The notes under the pieces: model-generated
Told to the model about the DNA's origin: nothing
The model's input: the letters and a program-made list of their open reading frames with translations, nothing else
The model's database searches: none
From: Takakia lepidozioides
Taxonomy: Eukaryota; Plantae; Bryophyta
Length of the DNA: 64,000 nt
Assembly: GCA_030704615.1 (NCBI GenBank)
Contig: JAKLZA010000356.1
Span: 1 to 64,000 of the forward strand
Direction: 5' to 3'
Translations under genes and position numbers: made by a program
Shown: in pieces, positions 11,580-22,269 of the stretch
Numbering within the stretch: position 1 is the stretch's first letter
Layout: the number at the start of each line of letters is the position of its first letter

Positions 11580-13180
11580 CAACCACGGGACGCGTTCTCT
11601 ACCTCTAAGCCCACTGGACTTAAGGTTGTAGTTACGGAGGACAATTGGGAGCCTGACATTGGACCCATTGTCACCGGAGGAGAGAGACGACGTATACGGC
11701 GGTTCCTGAGGGCTTACAGGAATTGCTTTGCCTTCAGTTTGAAGGACTTGGGAGCACTGAAGGGTCAAGAGATCCGTATTGAGTTGGCCACTGACACGCC
11801 AATCTTTCGGAGACCCTATAGATACAGTGACATGGAGAGGTCTTTGATTCAGATGAGGACTCAAGATCTCTGGGAGGCAGGTTTGGTGGAGCTCTCTGGT
11901 GGAGAGTATGCTTCAGCCACAGTGATGCCAGCCAAGAAGGATGTCTATGGCAAGTGGACGGAGAGACGTATGTGCGGTGATTACCGGCCTGTAAATCGTC
12001 AGACCAAGTCCGATAAGTATGCCATGCCAACACCAGAGGAGATCTTTGATGCCATCGGGCATGCTAAGGCCTTTAGCACTTTGGATTTACGATCCGGATA
12101 TCACCAGTTGCCAATCAAGGAGGCGGACAAGCAGAAGACGACATTCTGGGGGATCAATGAGCACGGCAAGGATTGCCTATATCAGTGGCGGTTCTTACCA
12201 TTTGGGCTTAAGAATGCTCCTGCAGAGTTTCAGAGAGTCATGGATAGGATTCTAGCAGGGGTGGACTTTGCTCGGTGCTACATAGATGACATCATCATCT
12301 TTAGTGTTACGATGGAGGAGCATGAGAGACACCTTCAGATGGTATTGGAGCGCTTGAGAGCGCACGGATTGAAGTTGCATCCGGGGAAGTGCAAGTTTTT
12401 CCACAACCAGATTGAGTATCTGGGTCACATGATATATCCTGGAGGATTGGGGGTACAGCAAACTAAGGTAGAGGCCATTGCACAAATTCCACGCCCCACG
12501 GATGTGAGCCGAGTTCGAGCTTTCATGGGGTTGGCAAACTATTATAGACGGTTTGTCAAGGGATTTAGTACCATTGCAAAGGCTCTAACCAAGCTGACCA
12601 AGGTGGACCAGGAGTGGCAGTGGGAAGATGAGCAGGAACGAGCTTTTCAAGAGCTCAAGGCGAGGTTGACCTCGGCGCCTATCTTGAGACGACCTATCAG
12701 GGGGCGTCCTTTCAGCTGCATACGGATTGGAGCATGCTGGGGCTTGGAGCGGTGCTCACACAGGTGGATGATGAGGGAAGAGAGTTCGTAGTGGCTTACG
12801 CTAGCCGCTCGAACAACGCTGCAGAGGCTAAGTACAGCTCATATGAGGGAGAGTGCTTAGCTGTAGTGTGGGCCGTGGCACACTTCAGGTGCTATCTATA
12901 CGGCAATCTTTTCACCCTTGTCACGGATCACCAGCCACTCAAGTGGTTGATGGAGTCAGACAAGCTTACGGGGAAGCTTGCACGGTGGGCACTTATACTC
13001 CAGGAGTATGACTTTCAGGTTGTGCATCGACCGGGTTTGGTCAATCGGGATGCGGATGGATTGAGTCGCAATCCATGCATGAGCCAGCAGGATGACACTG
13101 GAGCTCGGTGGCATGGGGAGACGGACGAGGAGATGGTGCCGGGATGGCACGCATCTGCATTTTTGTGTATCTTGGCATAG
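11580..13180 (+). pseudogene. pol: Gypsy reverse transcriptase and RNase H, copy 1
   Basis: LDLRSGYHQ, PFGLKNAP, YIDD; TDWS..LGAVL, YASR, TDHQPL, ADGLSR. Confidence 0.92.
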
Positions 13181-13207
13181 GGAGGTCAGATTGGACCTAC
13201 AATAGGG

Positions 13208-14710
13208 ATGACTGTAGACGGAGTGTCTGAGGACCCTGAGGCTAGTGATGAGCTAGGTGGTGCCAGAGATATACATGAGGATTCGGCTGTGTTGGACTAC
13301 CTCCGCACGGGAGACACGGCAGCCATTGTGACTGCCAGGGAGAGGGATCGGATCCTGCAACGAGCCAAGAGGTTCAATGGGAGGGGATACACCTACTTCG
13401 AGTGTGGGAGAATGGTCGGGTGAGGATTGTGCCTCACCCCACACAGCGTGCACGGTTAGTGCGGCATGCCCATGAGGAGTTGGGGCATTTTGGAGTGCGA
13501 CGCACTCACAGTTTACTGCAGGGGCAGTATTGGTGGCGTGGTATGCATACAGAGGTGCGACAGTTCGTGGCTAGGTGCATGGTGTGTGACAGGGTGCGTG
13601 CTTCATTCAACGCCCCTACACCACAGTTGCATCCTTTACCAATCATGGGATTGGGCTACAGGTGGAGTCTTGACTTCGCAGGACCGTTGCCACTGACTAT
13701 GCGCCACCACAATATGTGTTGGTGATGGTGGAGCACTTCTCCAAGTGGATTGAGTTGGTTCCATTGCCTGACAAGGCTAGTGAGGGGGCTGCGTATGCAT
13801 TCTTGGATCGTGTGCTTAGCCGATTTGGTGCTCCAGCTGAGGTACTCACGGACCAAGGGAGAGAGTTTTTGGGGGAGTTTCAGGCTTTGTGTGATAAAGC
13901 CTTGATAGACCACCGCACCACTTCTCGGGATCATCCTGAGGCCGATGGCTTAGCAGAGAGAGTTGTTCAGACGGTGAAGAGGGGTTTGCGCAAGTATGGC
14001 TTGCAGAAGGACACCTAGGAGATTGGGATCTTCAGGTTCCTTGGTTAGCCATGGGCTAAAGGTTCAGCAAACAAGCATCACTTGCCTCCTTCTCACCATA
14101 TTTCCTTCTCTTTGGCCGAGAGCCGGATTTGCCTGCAGCCATTCGTAGGGACACTGCTCAAGTCCTTAACCTTGACGATCCGGACGTGTGGGTACGTGCA
14201 TGTGATCAGCGTGCAGAGTTGTTCAAGAAAGTCATGCCCATGGCTTTTGAGAACCTTGCCATTGCACAGCACCGTGATACGTTGAGGTATGCCACTATAC
14301 GTGGTGGAGGATATCGTCCTGGGGTTCGGAGGTTTAGCCCTGGTGACTATGTTTATTTGCAGCAGACTGCTCCTACGACTCTGGATGTTACTGCAGGGCG
14401 TGTTATTCTGAGGGTTCGAGAGGTGTTGCCCTCAGGGGTCCTGATCTTGGAGGGTCGGGATGGCATGACTTGGAAGGACCATGTGCGTAATTGTGCGCCA
14501 TGTCACCTTCCCAATGTCGATGGCAGAGTTGACCCAAACTTGGCAGTGGTACCTGCAGGTTTGAGGTGCATGCTTTGTGGGTCTGCCAAAGGGGCAGCCA
14601 CCATGCTGGTGTGTGATCGATGCTCAAGGGGTTGGCATATGGGATGCTTGACACCACCTCTTGAGAAGGTTCCTGACGGAGATTGGTTGTGTCCACACTG
14701 CTTGGGATAG
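13208..14710 (+). pseudogene. pol: Integrase with C-terminal PHD finger, copy 1 (frameshifted)
   Basis: HHCC finger, SLDF/TDQG/GLAER DDE core, C4HC3 finger CMLC..CDRC..WHMGC..WLCPHC. Confidence 0.9.
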
Positions 14711-14959
14711 TGGCAGTGGACATGACTGGAGGCAGCTAACAAGACATGGGAGGCCAAGCTCATAGGAGTCAATACATGAGATCCCAAGCTCAAGTTCACA
14801 GGTTGCAAGACGGCGACTAATGATGGGGCAACTCTTGCACCCGGCCTCTTGATCTATCGAGTTTGAGTGTAGTAGGGATAATGGTGGAGGACTTAGTGAG
14901 GCTATGGTCACTATCACATCTTGTGGCTACCTGGACTTAGAGGGACCTAAGCACCAGCT

Positions 14960-14966
14960 AGGGGGG
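14960..14966 (+). promoter_or_regulatory. Polypurine tract
   Basis: AGGGGGG 4 nt before TG of repeat B; also at 34741-34747. Confidence 0.65.
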
Positions 14967-14970
14967 CAAT

Positions 14971-15158
14971 TGTGTGGACTAGTGACTGCCATAGTGGGCA
15001 GCATAATGGCAGCCTAGTGACTGACTAGTTGTAGCCTAGTGGTTGGACTAGTGGCTGGACTAGTGGTGGACTAGTAGTATACTAGTGTGTGGTGTGCACA
15101 TGTGTTGTGTGGTTTTGGACAGCGATGTAGTTGTGTAGCGATATGTATGCGCACGACA
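14971..15158 (+). repeat. Terminal repeat B (188 bp, TGTGTGG...CACGACA), rich in ACTAGT repeats
   Basis: Matches 34752-34939 and 35270-35457. Confidence 0.9.
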
Positions 15159-17280
15159 CCTTTCTTCTGCAACCATAGAACCAAATCCCCCGTCTTAAAA
15201 GTTTTTAACTTGCCTTCATCAAACTGTTCCTTTCGCTTCATCTGAATTTTGGTCATATTATCAGCTGCATCAGCACGTACTTCTTCCACATGGTATAATT
15301 CATGTTTCCTGACCTTGATGGAGTCTTGCAATTCTATTCTTTTTCCCCACTCCGTTCTCATGGTAGGTAACAGGAATTCCACTGGAAGTAAGGCTTCCAT
15401 ACCATAAACTAATTGGAATGGTGTATACTTAGTGGTGACTTTATATGAAGTCCTGTTTGACCACAAAGCTGTCAGCAGCTTTGTATCCCAATCCGTTCTG
15501 TTTGCATTGACTATCTTAGCCAAGATAGTACATAGTATTTTGTTGGTAGCCTCTGCCTGCCCATTACCCTGTGGGTAATATGTTGTACTCTTTCTATGCA
15601 CAATCATAAACTCTTTAGTCAACAACTCAATGGTCTCATTCATGAAGTGACTTCCCTGATCACTGATAAATTCTAAGGGACAGCCAAATCGTGTAAGTAT
15701 GTTCTCGTACAGGAACCTTGCTGTGGACTTGGCTGTGTTGTCCCTCAAAGCTTTAGCTTCCACCCACTTTGTAGTATAATCAGTGGCTGTAATTATGTAC
15801 CTGTTTCGTGTATTTTTGGATGGTGGGTTAATTGGTCCAACAAAGTCTAGTCCCCATTTCTGAAATGGTTCCGTAGGCATTGTAGGATGCAAGGCCATCC
15901 TTCCAGATCTCTGCAAAGGTCCTAGCCTCTGACATTCATCACACTTCTGACAATACTCGTGTACATCTTTGAACAAAGTAGGCCACCAGTATCCTGCGAG
16001 TAGTATCTTTCTACTGGTAGTCTCTTCTCCAAAATGACCTCCAGCCACTCCTTTATGAACTTCCGCCAAAACTTTATTTACTTCATGGTGGTACAAGCAT
16101 CGTTTTAGTACTCCATCAGGTCTTAACTTATACATTCTGCTTCCTACCATAGTATAAGGTAAAGCTTTGATAGCGATTCTCTTCCTCTGCTCCTTACCAT
16201 AACTAGGTGGGCACTGACCATGAGCAAGGTAGTATCTGATTGGCCACTGCCAATCTAACCAGTCATCTGCACTTCCCTGCACCTCCACTGCAAAGAGACT
16301 CGCATCTGGTAATTGATCATCTATTCCTGTGGCTGGTTCTCCTGTTGACAATCGTGACAAATGATCCGCCACAAGATGCAGTCTCCCAGGCTTGTAAACA
16401 ACCTCGAACTCAAACTCGTGCAAGATTATCAACCATCTTGCTATTCTTCCGCTTATCAAAGGTTGTTTACCAGGTATATCAGAGCCTGGTGATCCACATA
16501 GAACATAAACTTCTTGCCCAACAGGTAATGCCTGAATTTCTTCACTGCATAGATCATTGCCATCTTTCTGTTGTGCTATAGTTCCTTTCAGCACTGTTCA
16601 TCAACCGGCTAGCATAGTACACACGTGAATCTATATTCCCTGTAACATTCTGGGCTAACACCGCTCCCAACGCTTCTCCTGATGCATCGCAGTGAACATG
16701 GAATACTACATGCCAGTGAGGGTTAATCAGCACAGGTGTAGTTGTTACTGACAGTGTAAGTTCCTCAAATGTCTGTTGACATTCAGCTGTCCAGGCAAAC
16801 ACTGCATCTTTCTTCAGTAGTTTGCTCAATGGTGCTGCTATTTGTGCATACCTTTTGACAAATCTCCTGTAATAACTGGTTTGCCCAAGGAATCTCCGTA
16901 GACTTTTAACATTCACTGGTGGTGGAGAGGCTTTAATGGACTCTGTCTTTCTGGGATCCACAAGGAGTCCCTTCTTACACACAATGTGTCCCAGAAGCAC
17001 CCCTGAGTTCACACAGAAAGTACACTTCTCTGGATTCAGGCCCAGACCTCTCATCCTGCATCTGGCCAAACATAACTCCAATTTATGCAAGTGCTCACTC
17101 TTAGAGCTGTACACACTGAAATCATCCAAGAATACCTGCATGAAATCATCCAGATACTCATGAAAAGATTCACTTATCACTCTCTGAAAGGTCGCTGGTG
17201 CATTACAAAGTCCAAAGGGCATGACTTTGTATGCATAAGCCCCCCAGTCTGTGATGAAAGCTGTTTTCCCTTGGTCTTCT
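15159..17280 (-). pseudogene. pol: Host Gypsy pol fragment (partial RT, RNase H, integrase)
   Basis: MPFGLCNAP, FLDDF, CDAS, YYASR, GHFG..YWWP..CQKCDEC, GLDF, SDQG, GNGQAE. Confidence 0.92.
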
Positions 17281-17660
17281 TCTAGGGGTTGAGACTTGAC
17301 CCTATGTTTGTGAGTGCCTTGAGCGCATGCTTGCCCATAGTGAGCAAGATTTTTGTCGCTAAACAAGGAGAAGCAAACATAAAAAAGCTTACGGTTGGAG
17401 CGAAAAGTGCCTCATTCTTCAATTAGAGAACCTTATCTCGTGAGGGCGGGAGTCCTTGCATAAGACATAATAGTCTTATAGCATCCCTTTAGGCACGATA
17501 GGCGCACTTTGTATGCATTTGTCTTGGTTTCCATTGCATTTGTATTTGGGTCCTAACCGGCCCCCCTTAAAATTTACTGTGTCTTTTTCCAGTATTTTTT
17601 TTACTTTTTGTTACCTTTGCAAGCCTTTGTTGACCACCCTAAACCCTAAACTCTTTTTCC

Positions 17661-18713
17661 ATGGCGGAACTAGCAGGTAACAAACGTCCATGTCCTAGCT
17701 TAGGCGTCGGCCCTTCTCATGCATCCGCGTCTTCTTCTTCTAGCATGGATATCTCCATTCCTCCCCCTTTGCTTGCATTTGTGCATACATCGGTCAAGGA
17801 ATTCAAAAGTCTTAGGCATGAGCATGAAAAGACTTCCAAGTACCTTCAGAAATTGCAAGTGCAATTCGAAGAAGGCACCATACCCAACTCCCTTAGAATG
17901 AGTCCTCCTAAACTTCAAATAGGAGATCCCGAGGCCCAATCCGTCCTTGATGCGAGCCTGGCCGAATGCACAACCGCATATCGGATCAAGTGCTTTGAAG
18001 CACTCATCAAAGCCCAAGAATCTCGACTTGCTAGCTTGACCCACAAGCTCGAGCAATCGAAACCGGTCTTTGAGACTCGCCTCTCGGATTTGATTTCGCC
18101 TTTACGATCCTTAAATTTGATAGGTGACAAGTCTAAGTCTTCCATCGAGTCGTGGCATCTTCATCTTAGCAATCTCTTTGTTACTCATGTAGATGCATTT
18201 CTCATTCACAAACAACTTTCCGACGTCAGCAAGGCCGCGGCTATCGCCGCTCGCAACGTTGCTCGGGAAGGTGCTATGGAAGAAGCGGAGACCCTCCCTG
18301 TGGAACCGTCCATTGCTACCCTCGTGAAACGCGAGGTGGTCAAGGAAGTACTCAAGGAGGTGAAGAAGGTGGTGAATTCCATCCAGGTGAAACCTAAGGC
18401 CCAGAAGCTTGGGACCAAACCGGCTAGTAAGCCTAAGGCGAATCCTGGCGGAAAGTCGGGAAACGGCAAGCAGCAGAAAGGTATCCGGGTCTCCACCCGT
18501 TCTGCTGCGTCACCTACCTCTTTCAACAAGAGGTCAGGCCCGAACCGCACAACCGGTTCTGGTACGGGAGGCCGAAAACCTTCAGCGAGGGTCAACGGAA
18601 AACCGGCCACGACGAAGGGTGTGACGACGACGACGACGAAGACGAAGCGGCCATACGTACCTCCTCACAGACGCGGGGGCGCACGAGGAGTCTCTTCTGG
18701 TACCCGCTCGTAG
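17661..18713 (+). CDS. PLE ORF1: helical/coiled-coil N-terminus with basic K/R/G-rich tail
   Basis: 350-aa ATG ORF intact in three copies. Confidence 0.8.
   Translation: MAELAGNKRPCPSLGVGPSHASASSSSSMDISIPPPLLAFVHTSVKEFKSLRHEHEKTSKYLQKLQVQFEEGTIPNSLRMSPPKLQIGDPEAQSVLDASLAECTTAYRIKCFEALIKAQESRLASLTHKLEQSKPVFETRLSDLISPLRSLNLIGDKSKSSIESWHLHLSNLFVTHVDAFLIHKQLSDVSKAAAIAARNVAREGAMEEAETLPVEPSIATLVKREVVKEVLKEVKKVVNSIQVKPKAQKLGTKPASKPKANPGGKSGNGKQQKGIRVSTRSAASPTSFNKRSGPNRTTGSGTGGRKPSARVNGKPATTKGVTTTTTKTKRPYVPPHRRGGARGVSSGTRS
18458..18519 (+). promoter_or_regulatory. Predicted -1 programmed ribosomal frameshift signal
   Basis: G_GGA_AAC in ORF1 phase, then after 5 nt a GCAGCAGAA/TTCTGCTGC stem with AGGTA/TACCT pseudoknot; the -1 frame is open from 18437 into RT. 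Confidence 0.8.
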
Positions 18714-18730
18714 ACCCGAAGGCTTACGCT

Positions 18731-20569
18731 TTGTTGCTCTTTGCTAGGAAGACTCCCTCCCAAGTGGAATGCAGGGTCACCAACACTGCTATCCACAACT
18801 ATAGCAAGAGGGTTCTCTCCTTTGCGGAGCGACAACTCCTGGGCCTTGGTCTCAATTACATTCCTCGTCCTCTTCCCCCTTCCCGATCTTCAATCATCAC
18901 CGAATTCAACAATTTTGCTCGAAGCTTGAGGTTGCGAACGTCCTTCTCCGGCAAAGACAACGACGAGGTTCCTCTTTGGCGCGTTCCGAATCCATCATTC
19001 AATCCGCCAGTGGAATCTCAACCGCTCGAGGCCATCATTCGAGAAGGTAATGATCTTTTGTCTAGCCGTTTGGATCGAATCGCCCGCAATGCACGACCTT
19101 GTCTGCCGAGACACTTGAGACTTGCTCTCAAAAGATTGAGGTCGGATCCGGACCTTGTCATCAAGCCGGCCGACAAAAATCTTGGTCTTGTGCTTATGGA
19201 CAAGTCTTGGCACATGCAAGAGGCGATGCGGCAACTCTCAGACACCGAAGTTTATCGTCCCGTGGATTCCGTACCGTGGGAAGAACTTTGGTCGAGGTTG
19301 GAGGTGCTGGCTTGCCATCCAATCTACAGGTTTGCGATCTCCACCAAAGAATGGAATTACATCCGCCAACGCCCTCGGTCGTCCACGGACTTTCGAGCTT
19401 GTGCTTTGTACTTCATTCCGAAGGTGCACAAACCCGTGCTTGTTGGAAGACCCATTTGTTCCTACAACGACTACATCTTCGAGCATGCTTCAATTTGGCT
19501 CCATCACCAACTCCTTCCGGTACTTCTCAAGGAACCCACTCATTTGGTTGATTCTCTCACGCTTCTTCGAGAGGTTTCCCAACTCGAGGTCCCCTCGCAT
19601 GCTCTTCTTTTTACGTTTGACGTGGAATCTCTATATCCCAGCATCATCACCGAGCTCGGCTTGTATGAGCTCGAATGTGCTATTGGAGGTAATTTCACCA
19701 AACACAAAAAAGACCTGATCATGACCCTCGCTGGATTAGTCTTGAAACACCATTACCTTGAGTTCAATGGTAGTTTTTGGCACCAAATTCGCGGGACGGC
19801 CATGGGGAGCAACTTTGCAGTTGTTTACGCTTGTTTGTTCCTCTGTCGGTTGGAGATGTACATGGAGTACGTGTGCCCATCGGAGCAAGAGCTGCTTTAT
19901 CTTAAGCGCTATATCGACGACGGCTTTGGCATCTGGGTAGGCTCCGAAAAGAGCCTCCGGTCCTGGTTACGGAACTACGGTTCCATGTTCGATGGCATCA
20001 AAATCACGACCGCCATAAGCGCGACGTCCGCCGACATCTTGGATATCACCTTCCTCAAAGGAGACGACTTCATCCAAACTCGACGGCTCTCTACGAGATG
20101 TCATCAAAAGGCCCAGAACAAGTATCAATACTTGCCTTGGTCCTCGTGGCATCCACATCACCAAAAGAAAGCTTTCGTCATCGGCGAGCTCCAACGGTAC
20201 GTAATACGAGAAAGCACCATCCAAGGGTTCAACCATTTGCGACTTTTGTTTTACAAACGTCTTCGAGCCCGAGGTTATCCGGCGGCGTTCATCCGGAGTT
20301 GCTTCACCAAGATCTCCTACGACCTCAGATCCGCTCTACTCGACCAACAGACGCAACGCGCAGTTGAGGGTAAACGGGCCCCCCTTGTTCTTAAGCTCGA
20401 CTACTCTTCGTACACTCGAGCCTTGAACTTGGGGGCCACCCTAAACCCTAGACTCCACGAGTTGCTTCAGCAAGTCCCGGAGCTTCGGTTTCTTCCTCGA
20501 GCGATGATTTGTTGGAGGAATCCGCGAAAGCTGAGTTCATTCCTAGTTAAATCTAGAATGATAGGATGA
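18731..20569 (+). CDS. PLE reverse transcriptase, intact, no endonuclease
   Basis: 612 codons; LGLGLNYIP, KPADKNLG, PKVHKP..GRPI, DVESLYPSI, GTAMGS, RYIDDGF, SWHP; no upstream ATG. Confidence 0.92.
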   Translation: MLLFARKTPSQVECRVTNTAIHNYSKRVLSFAERQLLGLGLNYIPRPLPPSRSSIITEFNNFARSLRLRTSFSGKDNDEVPLWRVPNPSFNPPVESQPLEAIIREGNDLLSSRLDRIARNARPCLPRHLRLALKRLRSDPDLVIKPADKNLGLVLMDKSWHMQEAMRQLSDTEVYRPVDSVPWEELWSRLEVLACHPIYRFAISTKEWNYIRQRPRSSTDFRACALYFIPKVHKPVLVGRPICSYNDYIFEHASIWLHHQLLPVLLKEPTHLVDSLTLLREVSQLEVPSHALLFTFDVESLYPSIITELGLYELECAIGGNFTKHKKDLIMTLAGLVLKHHYLEFNGSFWHQIRGTAMGSNFAVVYACLFLCRLEMYMEYVCPSEQELLYLKRYIDDGFGIWVGSEKSLRSWLRNYGSMFDGIKITTAISATSADILDITFLKGDDFIQTRRLSTRCHQKAQNKYQYLPWSSWHPHHQKKAFVIGELQRYVIRESTIQGFNHLRLLFYKRLRARGYPAAFIRSCFTKISYDLRSALLDQQTQRAVEGKRAPLVLKLDYSSYTRALNLGATLNPRLHELLQQVPELRFLPRAMICWRNPRKLSSFLVKSRMIG

Positions 20570-20819
20570 TTTTGTAGTGCAAATGTCCCTAGCATTATTA
20601 ATTTTGCCTCTTTGATAGCCCTAGTGTTGATGTTAAAGTCAAAGGGTTCCAACAATTAATTTGGACCATTGACTAATTAATGCAGTCTTGACTTGGAGGC
20701 TAAATTAGTGCTTTAGTGGCATTATTATTGCCTTGGGAATTATCCCATATCGTTTGCACATAGTGAGGGTGCTTTTCTAGTATATAAGGATAGGCTTGGC
20801 TCTTAGGACTTCATCTCTT

Positions 20820-20875
20820 GGTGTTCCACTGATGAGCTTGAGCAATCAAGCGAAACTTGTTTGGAATAAAACACC
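20820..20875 (+). ncRNA. Hammerhead ribozyme (PLE-2)
   Basis: Same motif; extended stem I GGTGTT/AACACC. Confidence 0.85.
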
Positions 20876-21691
20876 TTAACTCTTTTTGTGTCTCCACATT
20901 TAGAGAAGTCGAGAGTCTAGTCCTTGCCCGCCCGGGCAACTTGGATCGAAGGGGTGCTCGGCTCCGAGGGGAATCCCAACCCTTGGATACTTCCGAGGCC
21001 TTTTTTCTTTCCAAAGCACGGGCGTATAGAGCCTTCCGTTTGACGCCATCTTAGCCACCGCTTACAATGGGGAAGGCGGCTGGGGGTATATGGTAATCGT
21101 GTCGGGCAAGCTAATTTAGCCCCGACTACACGGTTCCCCCTGTCGTACGCCCGATGGTCGGAGAGAAGGGATTTGGTTGATCCTCCCTCGAGTTCATCTC
21201 GAGCGATCAGAGGACTATGGGCATGCGCAAGCCTCTGCCGACCTAACCTTCTCGTCGATGACCTTATGCGGTAATCCCTCCCATTCTTCCTTAGAGGTAC
21301 GAACCTCTTTTTGAAGGTGGGGCATATAAGTTTTCCAACTAGGGGTTGAGACTTGACCCTATGTTTGTGAGTGCCTTGAGCGCATGCTTGCCCATAGTGA
21401 GCAAGATTTTTGTCGCTAAACAAGGAGAAGCAAACATAAAAAAGCTTACGGTTGGAACGAAAGTGCCTCATTCTTCAATTAGAGAACCTTATCTCGTGAG
21501 GGCGGGAGTCCTTGCATAAGACATAATAGTCTTATTGCATCCCTTTAGGCACGATAGGCGCACTTTGTATGCATTTGTCTTGGTTTCCATTGCATTTGTA
21601 TTTGGGTCCGAACCGGCCCCCCTTAATTTTTACTGTGTCTTTTTCCAGTATTTTTCTATTTTTTGTTACATTTGCAAGCCTTTGCTAACAA

Positions 21692-21837
21692 CCCTAAACC
21701 CTAAACCCTAAACTTGTTTGCCCGGATCGTGTTTATCTTGCACCCGGTGCATCCGCGTTGTACTACTACACTTGTTTTGACGCTTTATGTAAACCCTAAA
21801 CCCTAAACCCTAAACCTTAAACCCCTAAACCCTAAAC
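21692..21837 (+). repeat. Two (CCCTAAA)n tracts separated by a ~77-nt spacer
   Basis: 21692-21713 and imperfect 21790-21837. Confidence 0.9.
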
Positions 21838-22269
21838 TTGTGGAACCGTCCATTGCTACCCTCGTGAAACGCGAGGTGGTCAAGGAAGTACTCAAGGAGG
21901 TGAAGAAGGTGGTGAATTCCATCCAGGTGAAACCTAAGGCCCAGAAGCTTGGGACCAAACCGGCTAGTAAGCCTAAGGCGAATCCTGGCGGAAAGTCGGG
22001 AAACGGCAAGCAGCAGAAAGGTATCCGGGTCTCCACCCGTTCTGCTGCGTCACCTACCTCTTTCAACAAGAGGTCAGGCCCGAACCGCACAACCGGTTCT
22101 GGTACGGGAGGCCGAAAACCTTCAGCGAGGGTCAACGGAAAACCGGCCACGACGAAGGGTGTGACGACGACGACGACGAAGACGAAGCGGCCATACGTAC
22201 CTCCTCACAGACGCGGGGCGCACGAGGAGTCTCTTCTGGTACCCGCTCGTAGACCCGAAGGCTTACGCT

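Larger units (their letters stand above)
3392..15158 (+). mobile_element. Gypsy/Ty3 retrotransposon with C5 DNA methyltransferase and PHD finger, copy 1 (A-internal-B termini)
   Basis: gag-PR-MTase-RT-RH-IN-PHD order; ends TGTC...GACA; flanked by duplicated CCTT(T) at 3388-3391 and 15159-15162 inside a host integrase ORF. Confidence 0.9.
17282..21713 (+). mobile_element. Penelope-like element copy 2, full length with upstream pseudo-LTR
   Basis: 3' UTR fragment, CCCTAAA x2, ORF1, RT, 3' UTR, CCCTAAA x3; no GIY-YIG domain. Confidence 0.92.

Noticed and set aside
14971-15158. B as an ordinary 188-bp 3' LTR
   Set aside because: No B copy at the 5' end; the TSD and restored host ORF pair B with the unrelated A end.
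16554-17366. ORF starting MFSDKNLAH as a real gene (also 36854-37666)
   Set aside because: Chimeric read-through from antisense PLE UTR into the truncated Gypsy RT.
20438-20450. ACCCTAAACCCTA telomere-like stretch inside the RT coding region
   Set aside because: Encodes TLNP in frame, under two repeats and no junction maps there; cannot be separated from chance.
18731-20569. Telomerase (TERT) gene
   Set aside because: Too short, multicopy, intronless, with PLE motifs, an ORF1 and a hammerhead.
20917-21471. Antisense 184-aa ORF in the PLE 3' UTR (also 24458, 54707, 59056)
   Set aside because: No recognisable domain; its start differs among copies; recurrence only reflects copy identity.
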